Assembly (NCBI GenBank): GCA_963766335.1
Contig: CAVXZA010000002.1
Location: forward strand, 1,918,791-1,982,790
Source of the DNA: an uncultured Clostridia bacterium
Lineage (GTDB): Bacteria; Bacillota; Clostridia; DUPQ01
Length of the DNA: 64,000 bases
Reading direction: 5' to 3'
Below the pieces are notes generated by a model, which worked only from the letters and a program-made list of their open reading frames with translations, was not told the origin of the DNA and made no database searches. Of the stretch, positions 10,600 through 20,762 are shown one piece after another (position 1 is the first letter of the stretch; the number at the start of each line of letters is the position of its first letter). The position numbers were made by a program, and so were the translations under genes.

Positions 10600-11170
10600 C
10601 AATAATGATAATAAAATATATGAGATAAAGAAAATTCTTGATGGCTCAGGTTATAATGTAATTTCATTAAAAGAAGCAGGAATTGAAATTAATCCTGAAG
10701 AAATCAGCAGTACATTTGAAGGCAATGCACTGATAAAGGCAAGGGCGGCTGCTTCTTTATTAAAATCCATGGTAATTGCCGATGATTCCGGATTATCAGT
10801 AGATTGCCTTAATGGGTTGCCTGGTGTAAAATCCAAAAGGTTTGCCGGACCCGACTCAGAAGATTCCGATAACAATAAATATCTTATAAATCAATTGGAA
10901 ATGAAAGATTGCAGGGACTATAAAGCTCAATTCATTTGTGTAATCGCTTTAATTGATGAAAATGGCAACGAATTTACCTTCAGGGGCTCTTGCAGGGGGG
11001 AAATTGTCTTTGAACCAAAAGGTAAAAACGGATTTGGATATGATCCCTATTTTTACATACCTGAATTCAAGAAAACTATGGCTCAGATGAGCGATTATGA
11101 AAAGAATAGTATTAGTCACCGTGGGAATGCCCTGAGGAAACTAAGATTATTCCTGGAAGGCGCTGAGTAA
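10577..11170 (+). CDS. rdgB: Non-canonical purine NTP pyrophosphatase (HAM1/RdgB)
   Basis: ADDSGL, GFGYDP, ISHRG; TTG start at 10577 after GGAGG. Confidence 0.93.
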   Translation: MKKIIAASNNDNKIYEIKKILDGSGYNVISLKEAGIEINPEEISSTFEGNALIKARAAASLLKSMVIADDSGLSVDCLNGLPGVKSKRFAGPDSEDSDNNKYLINQLEMKDCRDYKAQFICVIALIDENGNEFTFRGSCRGEIVFEPKGKNGFGYDPYFYIPEFKKTMAQMSDYEKNSISHRGNALRKLRLFLEGAE

Positions 11171-11727
11171 TGAGTTTCTTATTTCTGCTATTTACTTCAA
11201 TAGCACTGGCACTTGATGCATTTGCAGTATCTGTTTCGTGCGGGATCACCCAAAGCGCAAAGACACATGCATCCAAAATAAAACTTGCAGGTTTCTTCGG
11301 TTTCTTTCAGGGAGTGATGCCTGCAGCAGCTTATTTTCTTTCCGGAGCTATAAATATTGAACTCGGTAAGTTTACGGGACCTGTGGCATTTATTATTCTT
11401 CTTGGAATTGGATTCCATATGATAAGGGAGTCATTTAAGAAAGAAGAAGAATGCGGCTACGGGGAGCTGACAATTAAAAGACTTCTATTACTTTCTTTTG
11501 CCACCAGCATTGATGCATTTGCCACAGGGATAAGTTTTTCACTACTTGATATAAATATATGGCCTCCTGTAATTATGATAGCTGCAATTACTTTTTCCTT
11601 ATCGCTGACCGGCGTTTATTTTGGGTGTAAAATCGGCTCAAGGCTTAAAAACGGGGCAGAGTTAACCGGAGGGATTATCCTTATATTAATCGGCTTGAAA
11701 ATTCTAATAGAGGGATTAATTAAATAA
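11170..11727 (+). CDS. mntP: Manganese efflux pump MntP family
   Basis: LALDAFAVS and ATSIDAF motifs; multiple TM helices. Confidence 0.88.
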   Translation: MSFLFLLFTSIALALDAFAVSVSCGITQSAKTHASKIKLAGFFGFFQGVMPAAAYFLSGAINIELGKFTGPVAFIILLGIGFHMIRESFKKEEECGYGELTIKRLLLLSFATSIDAFATGISFSLLDINIWPPVIMIAAITFSLSLTGVYFGCKIGSRLKNGAELTGGIILILIGLKILIEGLIK

Positions 11728-11736
11728 TCATATAAT

Positions 11737-11770
11737 TGCATAATGGTAAACCAACCTGTATAATTATACA
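11737..11770. promoter_or_regulatory. Putative tandem ARG boxes (ArgR/AhrC operator)
   Basis: Perfect palindrome TGTATAATTATACA (11757-11770) fits TGnATnnnnATnCA; weaker box TGCATAATGGTAAA 20 bp upstream; precedes nadK-argR-recN. Confidence 0.55.
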
Positions 11771-11795
11771 TAACCTGTATATTTTTGAGGCAATT

Positions 11796-12650
11796 ATGAA
11801 TTTTGGCGTTATTTCAAACAAATCGATAGATCCTGACAGAAAACAACTTGATTTTATCTGCAATAAAATAATAAATAAAAAAGGGAAAGTCGCATTTGCA
11901 CTTGAACTGGAAAAACATGACAACCTGAACGGGGTGCCGCTTAAAGATACTGATCTGCTGATATCGATGGGCGGGGATGGCACTTTTCTTAATATTGCCA
12001 GGCAGACCGCCGAATTCAATATTCCAATCATGGGTATAAATACCGGATCGCTTGGTTTTCTTTCCGCTATAGACATTAACGATATTGATAATGCCATGGA
12101 CATGGTTATTAATAATGAATACAGCCTTGACGAAAGAATGATGGTAAGAGCCGAAATACACAGTAGGAGCAAGCCGCCGGAATCTTACCATGCCCTAAAT
12201 GATATTGTAATAGCAAGAGGCTTATTATCAAGAATAGTCAATCTAAAGGTTTTCATCGATAATGCATACGTAGATAGTTTTCCGGGCGACGGCGTAATAG
12301 TATCAACTCCCACCGGGTCAACAGGATATTCGCTTTCAGCGGGGGGACCGGTAGTTGACCATGGCCTGGACCTGATGGTAATAACACCCATTTGTCCTCA
12401 TATAATGCATGCTAAATCCTTTATTTCAGGACCGGATTCTATAATAAAAATTTGTGTAATTGAGGAAAGCGGGTATTCGTGTATTCTTACTGCCGATGGC
12501 CAGATGGGACATGAACTTGCTGGCGGCGACACAATATTCATAACTAAAAGTGAGTTAAGCGTTAAAGTTATTAAATTTTCAGGCAGCGCTTTATTTAATA
12601 CATTAAGAAGTAAAATATACTATAGAAATGGAGAGGGGAATGAAGCATAA
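11796..12650 (+). CDS. nadK: NAD kinase
   Basis: GGDGTFL, GSLGFL, LND, STPTGSTGYSLSAGGP; ATG 11796 after GAGG. Confidence 0.93.
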   Translation: MNFGVISNKSIDPDRKQLDFICNKIINKKGKVAFALELEKHDNLNGVPLKDTDLLISMGGDGTFLNIARQTAEFNIPIMGINTGSLGFLSAIDINDIDNAMDMVINNEYSLDERMMVRAEIHSRSKPPESYHALNDIVIARGLLSRIVNLKVFIDNAYVDSFPGDGVIVSTPTGSTGYSLSAGGPVVDHGLDLMVITPICPHIMHAKSFISGPDSIIKICVIEESGYSCILTADGQMGHELAGGDTIFITKSELSVKVIKFSGSALFNTLRSKIYYRNGEGNEA

Positions 12651-13089
12651 CAGGCATATAAAAATCCTATCTATAATCCAGGAAAGAGAAATCCATACCC
12701 AGGAAGAACTTGCAGAAGTTCTGATTAGTGAAGGGTATAACGTTACACAGGCAACTGTTTCAAGGGATATAAAGGATTTGAAGTTGATTAAAGAAACAAA
12801 TGAAGAAGGCAAGGCTTCTTACAAAGCGGGCCGAAATAACAGCGATGTCATATCGGAGAGGCTTATAACTGTCCTCAGGCAATCGTACATAAGCTCAGAT
12901 ACTGCCCAGAACCTTCTGGTGGTTAAAACGCTTCCCGGGATGGCTCAGGCTGCGGCTTCCGCAATCGATGCATATGATTTCCCTAATCTGGTTGGTACAA
13001 TAGCAGGGGATGATACTATTTTTATTGCCCTCAAAACCAATGAAGACGCATTGGGGATAATGGCATTCCTTAATACTGAACTGAGGTAA
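12640..13089 (+). CDS. argR: Arginine repressor
   Basis: TQEEL, VTQATVSRDI, GTIAGDDT. Confidence 0.95.
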   Translation: MKHNRHIKILSIIQEREIHTQEELAEVLISEGYNVTQATVSRDIKDLKLIKETNEEGKASYKAGRNNSDVISERLITVLRQSYISSDTAQNLLVVKTLPGMAQAAASAIDAYDFPNLVGTIAGDDTIFIALKTNEDALGIMAFLNTELR

Positions 13090-13092
13090 ATT

Positions 13093-14790
13093 TTGCTTTT
13101 ACAAATATCAATTAGAAATTTTGCGATTTTCGAAGACGTAACCTTAGAGCCTGAAAATGGATATAATGTTATAACCGGTGAATCAGGTACAGGAAAATCG
13201 GTTGTTGTTAACGCAATGTCATTAATCTGCGGTGCAAGAGCTTACAAAGAAATGATAAGAACCGGTGCAAATAGTGCTTCTGTAGAGGCTGTATTCAGAA
13301 TCCCAAAGTACAAAAAAGGAATCATATCAGAAAAATTTAACATTACTGATGAATTACTTGTCATTACAAGAATAATACACAGAGAAAAACCATCTGTTTG
13401 CAAGATTAATGGAAAAATCAGGAATTTATCACAAATAACTGAAATTTCTTCCTACTTTATTGATATTCACGGACAATATGAAAATCAAATGCTGCTGAAT
13501 GTTGAAAACCATATAAAATATCTGGATGATTATGCAAAAGATGAACTGCTTGAATGCAAGATTAGATATCGAAAGTTATTAAGTGAGTATATAAAGCTGA
13601 CAGATTCAATAATTTCAGTATCCGGCGGGGATTCGGAAAGAGAAAGAAACAGACAGATACTTGAGTTTCAGATAAATGAAATTGATTCAGCAGGAATCGA
13701 AATGCTTGATGAAAAATTATTACTTGAAAAAAAGACGCTGCTTGAAAATGCTGAAAAATATAAAAGTGTAACAGGTACGGCCTTGAACACTTTGGAGAAT
13801 GACGGAAGCTCTGTAACTGAAAGTCTAAGGAATGCTGCAAAGGAATTGGAATCACTTCCTGTTAATGAAAATATAAAAAAGATAATTAAAGATCTAAATG
13901 ATTCCTATTATTTACTTCAGGAGGCAGCAACAGAAATTTCACGATTCAATGAAAACATTGAATTCAACGAAGAAGAATATGGTGAAATACTTGATAAACT
14001 TGAAATTATCATGGAGTTAAAGCGCAAATACGGTTCTTCAATAGATGGTATTCTGGACTTCCGTAAGAATGCATTCGAGCAGTTGAATAATATAGTGAAT
14101 TTCAAGAGAAATTACTCAAGGAACCTTGCTAAATTAACAGAATTGGAAAAAGGACTCGAAACTGTAGATAAAGAACTTACCGGGATCAGAAAGAATTCAT
14201 CGGAAAAACTGAAGGTATTGATATTGAATGAATTAAATGATATGGGAATGAAGGATTCTGTAATGCGAATCAAATTCGATAAAACATATTTAAAAAATTC
14301 ACTTGGTTTTATGGATTTTAAGAAAGATGGCAGGGATGAATGTGAATTTATGATATCCCTTAATAAAGGGCTTGAACCTGTAACACTTGGTAAAGTTGCA
14401 TCCGGGGGTGAAATGTCAAGGATTATGCTGGCCCTAAAAACAGTTTTTAGTTATAAAGATGAAACTGAAACTGTTGTTTTTGATGAAATCGACTCTGGAA
14501 TAAGCGGGGAAGCTTCTATTGCTGTTGCAAACAAATTGACAAAAATGTCAGCAGATAAGCAAATCATATGTATAACGCATCTTCCGCAGATTGCAGCTAG
14601 GGCTGGCAGCCACTTTGTAATAAATAAAAATTCGCTTAATGACCTTACTTTTGCTTCTATAAAAAAACTAAATAAAATTAAGGAAAAAATAAATGTCATT
14701 GCCTCTCTCACTGACGGAGAAAACATTACTCCTGAGGGCAGGGAGCATGCTGCAAAAATAGTTATGGAAGGCAATAAGCCCTTTAATTGA
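13093..14790 (+). CDS. recN: DNA repair protein RecN
   Basis: TGESGTGKS, DIHGQ, ASGGEMSR, FDEID, ITHLPQIAA. Confidence 0.95.
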   Translation: MLLQISIRNFAIFEDVTLEPENGYNVITGESGTGKSVVVNAMSLICGARAYKEMIRTGANSASVEAVFRIPKYKKGIISEKFNITDELLVITRIIHREKPSVCKINGKIRNLSQITEISSYFIDIHGQYENQMLLNVENHIKYLDDYAKDELLECKIRYRKLLSEYIKLTDSIISVSGGDSERERNRQILEFQINEIDSAGIEMLDEKLLLEKKTLLENAEKYKSVTGTALNTLENDGSSVTESLRNAAKELESLPVNENIKKIIKDLNDSYYLLQEAATEISRFNENIEFNEEEYGEILDKLEIIMELKRKYGSSIDGILDFRKNAFEQLNNIVNFKRNYSRNLAKLTELEKGLETVDKELTGIRKNSSEKLKVLILNELNDMGMKDSVMRIKFDKTYLKNSLGFMDFKKDGRDECEFMISLNKGLEPVTLGKVASGGEMSRIMLALKTVFSYKDETETVVFDEIDSGISGEASIAVANKLTKMSADKQIICITHLPQIAARAGSHFVINKNSLNDLTFASIKKLNKIKEKINVIASLTDGENITPEGREHAAKIVMEGNKPFN

Positions 14791-14830
14791 AATAAGAATA
14801 AAGATATAATAAATTCGCAGGGGGTAAATC

Positions 14831-16072
14831 ATGGAAAAATCTGATATTAGGGGAATTATAGAAAAATATGTTGCCGATGCAAAAATAATAGATATACACA
14901 CGCACCTTTTCCCGGCTGATTTTGACGAACTGTCACTATGGGGACCTGATGAATTAATCACATATCACTATCTTATTGCAGAGGCTGTCAGAGCTACTCA
15001 TATTGATTATGAAAAGTTTTGGTCCATGTATAAAAAAGAACAAGCTGACTTTATTTTCAAAACACTTTTCATTGACAGAAATCCAATAAGTGAAGCTTGC
15101 CGCGGCGTGTTAACAACCTTCAATGAACTCGGTATTGATTTATCTACTATGAGTTTGGAAGGATTCAGGGAATTCTTTAAAAAATTCAGTTTAGAGGAAT
15201 ATATCGATAAAGTATTTGAAGTCTCACATGTTGAAAAAGTTGTTATGACTAATGACCCGCTGAATAAAAAAGAAAATAAATACTGGGATAGCGGTTCTGG
15301 TAAAGATGACAGGTTTCTTGCTTCATTAAGGCTTGATGCCCTTGTAAATGATTACCAGACGGCAAGGTACGAACTTATCAGCGCCGGTTATAACGTCGGC
15401 AGAAGCCTTAATGGTATTGCTAAAAGTGAAATTATCAGGTTTTTAAAAGATAAGATTAAACAAATGAATGCTGTCTATATGGCCATTTCATTACCGCCTG
15501 ATTTTGTAATGCCTTCAAATACGACCAGGGATACCTTGATTGAGGACTGCGTTATACCGGTTGCGCGGGAACTTAATAAACCGCTGGCCTTGATGATAGG
15601 CGTTAAAAAGGCGGTTAACCCGGACTTATTGCTGGCAGGTGACAGTGTGGGAAAGGCAAGCATAGAAACCGTTGAGTATTTATGTAGAAAATATCCGAAA
15701 AACAAATTTATGATAACAATGCTTTCCAGGGAAAATCAGCATGAATTATGCATAGCTGCCAGAAAATTTAATAATCTGTTTCTTTTCGGCTGCTGGTGGT
15801 TCATGAATAATCCGGTTCTTATCGAAGAGACAACAAGAATGCGAATTGAGTTACTGGGCACATCATTTATGCCTCAGCATTCTGATGCAAGGGTTCTTGA
15901 CCAACTTATATATAAGTGGAAACACAGTAAAAAGATAATTGCCAAAGTCCTTGTTGATAAATATGAGGATTTGTTCGACACCGGATGGCCCTTATCCGAA
16001 AACAGTATTGAGAAGGATGTTAAGGATCTGTTCGGCGGCGGCTTTATTAAGTTCATCAGGTTTGAGTTATAG
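14831..16072 (+). CDS. Glucuronate (uronate) isomerase, BH0493-like amidohydrolase type
   Basis: DIHTHLF, DELITYHYL, VMTNDP, GCWWF, QHSDARVLDQLIYKW. Confidence 0.82.
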   Translation: MEKSDIRGIIEKYVADAKIIDIHTHLFPADFDELSLWGPDELITYHYLIAEAVRATHIDYEKFWSMYKKEQADFIFKTLFIDRNPISEACRGVLTTFNELGIDLSTMSLEGFREFFKKFSLEEYIDKVFEVSHVEKVVMTNDPLNKKENKYWDSGSGKDDRFLASLRLDALVNDYQTARYELISAGYNVGRSLNGIAKSEIIRFLKDKIKQMNAVYMAISLPPDFVMPSNTTRDTLIEDCVIPVARELNKPLALMIGVKKAVNPDLLLAGDSVGKASIETVEYLCRKYPKNKFMITMLSRENQHELCIAARKFNNLFLFGCWWFMNNPVLIEETTRMRIELLGTSFMPQHSDARVLDQLIYKWKHSKKIIAKVLVDKYEDLFDTGWPLSENSIEKDVKDLFGGGFIKFIRFEL

Positions 16073-16773
16073 TGCTTATGTATAAATTCCTGATATTTGA
16101 CGCAGACCATACTTTATATGATTTTGACAGAGCAGAGAAGAATGCAATAATCAGGATAATGACAGACATAGGACATCAATATGATGATGCTCTTTTAAAC
16201 TTGTATAAAAATATTAACATTTCTCTATGGGAAAAGTTTGAGAGAAACGAAATTACACAATCTGAAATAAAGAAAACCAGATTCAGGCTATTTTTTGAGC
16301 AGAGCGGCATCCGGGCAAACCCTAATAAAGCAGCTGAGGACTTTCTTCTATATCTTTCACAAGGTAATTATATAATCCCGGGAGCAGATGAAATAATCTA
16401 TTATTTAAAGGAAACTTATTTATTGGGTTTATTATCAAACGGCATTTCAAAAGTACAGCATCCAAGGCTGGAAAACTCTGTCTTCTGTGATGCTTTTGAT
16501 GCTGTGGTAATTTCAGGAGATGTTGGAATAAATAAACCCGACCCGCGAATTTTTGAAATTCTAACTAAAAAAGCAGGCTTTTATGATAAGAAAAGAATGT
16601 TGATGATAGGAGACAGCCTTACATCAGATATGCTGGGCGGCATAAATTTCGGTATAGATACATGCTGGTATAATCCCGGACTCAAAAAAAACACAACTAG
16701 TATAAAACCAAATTATGAAATAGCAGATCTTACCGGCATTTTGAAAATTCTGGAAAGGGATTCAGCTGTATGA
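16072..16773 (+). CDS. YjjG-family HAD nucleotidase
   Basis: FDADHTLYDF, KPDPRIF, MIGDSLTSD; start may be ATG 16078. Confidence 0.88.
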   Translation: MLMYKFLIFDADHTLYDFDRAEKNAIIRIMTDIGHQYDDALLNLYKNINISLWEKFERNEITQSEIKKTRFRLFFEQSGIRANPNKAAEDFLLYLSQGNYIIPGADEIIYYLKETYLLGLLSNGISKVQHPRLENSVFCDAFDAVVISGDVGINKPDPRIFEILTKKAGFYDKKRMLMIGDSLTSDMLGGINFGIDTCWYNPGLKKNTTSIKPNYEIADLTGILKILERDSAV

Positions 16774-17762
16774 AGGTTCTTGTTACAGGGGCATTGGGGA
16801 ATATAGGAATTTCAGTTGTTGATGAATTATATTCACGTGGACATTCTGCTGTTGTTTTTGATTTAAAAAATAAAAAGAGTAAAAAAAAGGCCGTAAAAAT
16901 AAGAAAAGTTGTTAAAAGGATACACTATGGGGATATCTTAAATCAGACCAGCATTGATCTATCCATAAAAGATTGCGAATGTGTCATTCACCTGGCAGCA
17001 GTCATACCTCCTTTAAGCGAAAACAATCCGGAACTTTGCGATGATGTGAATGTAAAAGGTACCATGAACCTTATAGCAGCTATAAATGATACAGGAAGGA
17101 ACATTCCGCTTATCTACACATCAACAGCTAGTGTTATGGGCCCTACACAATTGAATATACCGCCTGTAAATACAAGTCAAATCCCAAATCCAGTTACTTA
17201 TTATTCGAAATCAAAATTAAAAGCAGAAAATTTACTAATTCAATCAGGAATAAGGAGTTGTATTTTAAGGTTGGCAAGTGTTATGGATTCGGGTACTGAA
17301 TATTCCGACGATATGCTGAAACTGCTTTTCGATTTTCCGCTTGATGCAAGAAATGAAATTGTACTTGACCTTGATGCCGCGGCGGCGATTGTACGCGCTG
17401 CAGAATTGGCAACCAAAACCAATTTAGTTGACAACAGAACATTTTTTATAGGCGGCGGGTATAAAAACGGATGCCAAATTATAAACAAGGATTTGGTAAG
17501 CAGTCTGTTTGTTGCAATGGGAATAGGCAGACTGTCAGAGGATTGTTTCATAAAGGATAGATCCAAGTATTCAATGGACTGGTATGATACTAAAGAGAGC
17601 AATGAAATACTTGAATATCAAATGCACTCTTTTAATGATTATATAGAAATAATCAAAAAAAGAACTAAAAGCGGAGGGCCGGTAGTAAAATATATGGCTC
17701 CAAGGTTAAAAAAAGTAATGGAGCTTCAATCTCCATATTATAAAGACTCAAACAAGGAGTAA
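16770..17762 (+). CDS. NAD-dependent epimerase/dehydratase (extended SDR)
   Basis: TGALGNIG, HLAA, YSKSK. Confidence 0.85.
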   Translation: MKVLVTGALGNIGISVVDELYSRGHSAVVFDLKNKKSKKKAVKIRKVVKRIHYGDILNQTSIDLSIKDCECVIHLAAVIPPLSENNPELCDDVNVKGTMNLIAAINDTGRNIPLIYTSTASVMGPTQLNIPPVNTSQIPNPVTYYSKSKLKAENLLIQSGIRSCILRLASVMDSGTEYSDDMLKLLFDFPLDARNEIVLDLDAAAAIVRAAELATKTNLVDNRTFFIGGGYKNGCQIINKDLVSSLFVAMGIGRLSEDCFIKDRSKYSMDWYDTKESNEILEYQMHSFNDYIEIIKKRTKSGGPVVKYMAPRLKKVMELQSPYYKDSNKE

Positions 17763-17765
17763 ATT

Positions 17766-20720
17766 ATGCCATACAATTATCTTGCAATGGAAAGAAGAAT
17801 CAAAGCTGCTTTCCCCAGAATCAAAAAAAGCATTTATAGAAAAATTACTGACCTCGATGTCACTGCCTGGCTAACAAAAGAACCTGTATCTTTTAAAGAA
17901 AGAGAAACAGGAAAAATGGTCTTTTTAAAAACAGATGACAATTGGGGAGGTCTATTTGACTGCGCCTGGATGAATTTCAAAGGAAAGATCCCTGCCGGAG
18001 ATTCAAAAAAGTATGTTCTGATTATTGATATCAGCGGCGAGGGATTGATTGTTGATTCAAATGGCAGCCCTGTGCAGGGTATCACTACATTTGCTTCTAT
18101 GTATGATTTTAGATTAGGTATGCCGGGAAAAAGGATTGTTTATATTGAGGGTTTAGAAGATGAAAAAGGTAATCTTAATTTTTGGGTTGATGCCGGGAAC
18201 AACGATTTATTCGGCAATTTAAAGAATAACGGAACACTTGTAGAAGCCTATGTAGCTGAGTGTAATTTTTGTATGCTTGAGTTATTTTACGATTTTGAAG
18301 TTTTAAATGAACTGAGATCCAGAATACCTGAAAATAAAGCAAGACATCAGAAAATACTTTCATCGCTGTACAAAGCTTCACTGCAGCTGGACAAATACAC
18401 TGATGAAGAGGCAGAGAAGGCCGGTTATTACACAAAAATTGAATTGAGTAGAGTTAATGCCAATCCGCCTCTGAGTATAAACGCAATAGGACATTCGCAT
18501 ATTGACCTGGCATGGTTATGGCCGATTAGGGAAAGCATTAGAAAGGGAGCGAGGACATTTTCAACAGTTCTTAAGAATATGGAAAGATATCCGGACTATA
18601 TTTTCGGTGCAAGCCAACCTCAGCTTTATCAGTGGATAAAGAATAATTACCCTCAGTTATACAATCGGGTTAAAAAAGCGGTTGCTGACGGCAGGTGGGA
18701 GTTGCAAGGGGCAATGTGGGTGGAATCCGACACTAATATTACCGGTGGAGAAGCGCTAATAAGGCAGATGCTATATGGCAAAAAATTCTATCAAAATGAA
18801 TTCGGAGTAGATGTTCGGAATGTCTGGCTACCTGATGTATTCGGTTATTCAGCTGCTTTACCGCAGATAATGAAAAAATCAGACGTCGATTATTTTATGA
18901 CCATTAAGATTTCGTGGAGCGAATTCAACGATTTTCCTCACCATACATTTTTATGGAAAGGCTTAGATGGTTCGGAAGTGCTTGCACATATGCCTCCGGA
19001 AGGAACTTACAACAGCTCAGCTGCACCAAGGGCAATATTTGACACAGAGGAGAAATTTGCTGATAAGTTGGTTTCGGATGAATGTCTTCTGCTTTACGGA
19101 ATTGGAGACGGCGGAGGCGGTCCTGGCGAAGAACACCTTGAAAGACTGAAGCGCGAAAAAGACCTTCAGGGTCTGGCACCTGTAAATCAGGGCTTTGCAT
19201 CCGAATTCTTTAATAGAATTTCAAAAAACATTGCTGACTATAAAACATGGCAGGGGGAACTATACCTTGAGCATCATCGCGGCACTTACACGTCGGAAGG
19301 CAGGAATAAAAGATTCAATAAACTTATGGAAAACCTGTTAAGAGATGCTGAAATAATCGGCTGCATTACAGGTGAGTTTTATGATAGTGATAGAATTGAA
19401 AAAATATGGAAAGAGGTTTTATTGTATCAGTTCCATGATATTCTGCCGGGATCATCTATAAAAAGGGTTTATGACGAGAGTTTGTGCAGATATGAATTAT
19501 TGGAAAGAGAAGTTAATTCAATAATCGATTTAGGTCAAGGAGGAAATGAATCTGTAAAGACAATTTTCAACACATTATCATGGAAAAGAAATGAATGGAT
19601 CAATTGTGATGGGTATTGGAAGTATGTTGAAGCAGCTCCAATGTCGTATTTTAACATTGAGGATTCAAAAAAGAAAGATATTTTAGTTTCATTTGATGAA
19701 AAAAATGATCTTTTGGAGAATGATTTTCTTAAGGTTAAATTTAATAAAAGGGGTTTAATAACCTCAGTTTGGGATAAGAAAAATCTAAGAGAAGCCATTA
19801 AAGCCGGCGAAAAGGCCAATGAGATAAAAGTTTACCGGGATGAAGGCGATGCCTGGGATTTCCCGCATGACTACCGTGATCATTCCGTTTTGGATTTAGA
19901 GTTTGTGGATTTTGAGTATATTTTAGATGGCCCGGAGGCAATGCGCATCAATAGGTATCATATAGGTAGTTCAAAAATAATTCAGGAAATTGTACTTACT
20001 GATGATTCTGGAAGGATTGACATAAGAACAAAAATCGATTGGAATGAAAAAAATACCATGATTAGAAGCAGTTTCCCAATAAGTGTCAGTTCTAGTGAAC
20101 TAACATGTGGAATTCAATTTGGTTATATTGAAAGACCGTCCCTTGACAATACTTTATGGGATATGGCGAAAATCGAGGTTTGCGGCCAGAACTATGTCGA
20201 TATATCACAAGATGATTATGGTGTGGCAATAATAAGCGATTATAAGTATGGATACTCTTCAACAGTTGATTCCATTGACATATGCCTGCTGAGAAGCACG
20301 ACTTATCCGGATGTAGAAGGGGATATCGGCCTCCATGAGTTCACTTATTCACTTTACCCTCATTACGGTAATCACCTTAGGGGCGGTGTTATTAAAGAAG
20401 GAATCGAGCTTTCCAGGCCATTAAGACTTCTGAAGAGAAGGATACCGGATGGTTTTCCGGTTAAGAGTTTTGTAACTGTCAACAAGGATAATATTATTGT
20501 TGAAACTGTAAAAAAATCCGAAGAGGGGAATGGTTTGATAATACGACTTTATGAAGCATATGGACTGCAGACGGTTGCTGCGATTTCATTTAATAAAAAA
20601 TACTCTGAAATAAGTGAAACCAATCTTATAGAAAGACAAAGCGGCAAAAAGATAACTGCTTCGAATAAAATAAACTTAACCTTTGGCCCATTTGAAATTA
20701 AAACATTGTTATTAAGATAA
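17766..20720 (+). CDS. Alpha-mannosidase, GH38
   Basis: GHSHIDLAWLWP, WLPDVFGYS, GDGGGGP, QFHDILPGSSI. Confidence 0.92.
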   Translation: MPYNYLAMERRIKAAFPRIKKSIYRKITDLDVTAWLTKEPVSFKERETGKMVFLKTDDNWGGLFDCAWMNFKGKIPAGDSKKYVLIIDISGEGLIVDSNGSPVQGITTFASMYDFRLGMPGKRIVYIEGLEDEKGNLNFWVDAGNNDLFGNLKNNGTLVEAYVAECNFCMLELFYDFEVLNELRSRIPENKARHQKILSSLYKASLQLDKYTDEEAEKAGYYTKIELSRVNANPPLSINAIGHSHIDLAWLWPIRESIRKGARTFSTVLKNMERYPDYIFGASQPQLYQWIKNNYPQLYNRVKKAVADGRWELQGAMWVESDTNITGGEALIRQMLYGKKFYQNEFGVDVRNVWLPDVFGYSAALPQIMKKSDVDYFMTIKISWSEFNDFPHHTFLWKGLDGSEVLAHMPPEGTYNSSAAPRAIFDTEEKFADKLVSDECLLLYGIGDGGGGPGEEHLERLKREKDLQGLAPVNQGFASEFFNRISKNIADYKTWQGELYLEHHRGTYTSEGRNKRFNKLMENLLRDAEIIGCITGEFYDSDRIEKIWKEVLLYQFHDILPGSSIKRVYDESLCRYELLEREVNSIIDLGQGGNESVKTIFNTLSWKRNEWINCDGYWKYVEAAPMSYFNIEDSKKKDILVSFDEKNDLLENDFLKVKFNKRGLITSVWDKKNLREAIKAGEKANEIKVYRDEGDAWDFPHDYRDHSVLDLEFVDFEYILDGPEAMRINRYHIGSSKIIQEIVLTDDSGRIDIRTKIDWNEKNTMIRSSFPISVSSSELTCGIQFGYIERPSLDNTLWDMAKIEVCGQNYVDISQDDYGVAIISDYKYGYSSTVDSIDICLLRSTTYPDVEGDIGLHEFTYSLYPHYGNHLRGGVIKEGIELSRPLRLLKRRIPDGFPVKSFVTVNKDNIIVETVKKSEEGNGLIIRLYEAYGLQTVAAISFNKKYSEISETNLIERQSGKKITASNKINLTFGPFEIKTLLLR

Positions 20721-20762
20721 AATAGCAAAGTATTATAAGAAGAGTTTGTAAACAGAGATTCG

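Noticed and set aside
11100-11170. yybP-ykoY Mn riboswitch before mntP
   Set aside because: mntP overlaps the rdgB stop (TAATG), leaving no leader space
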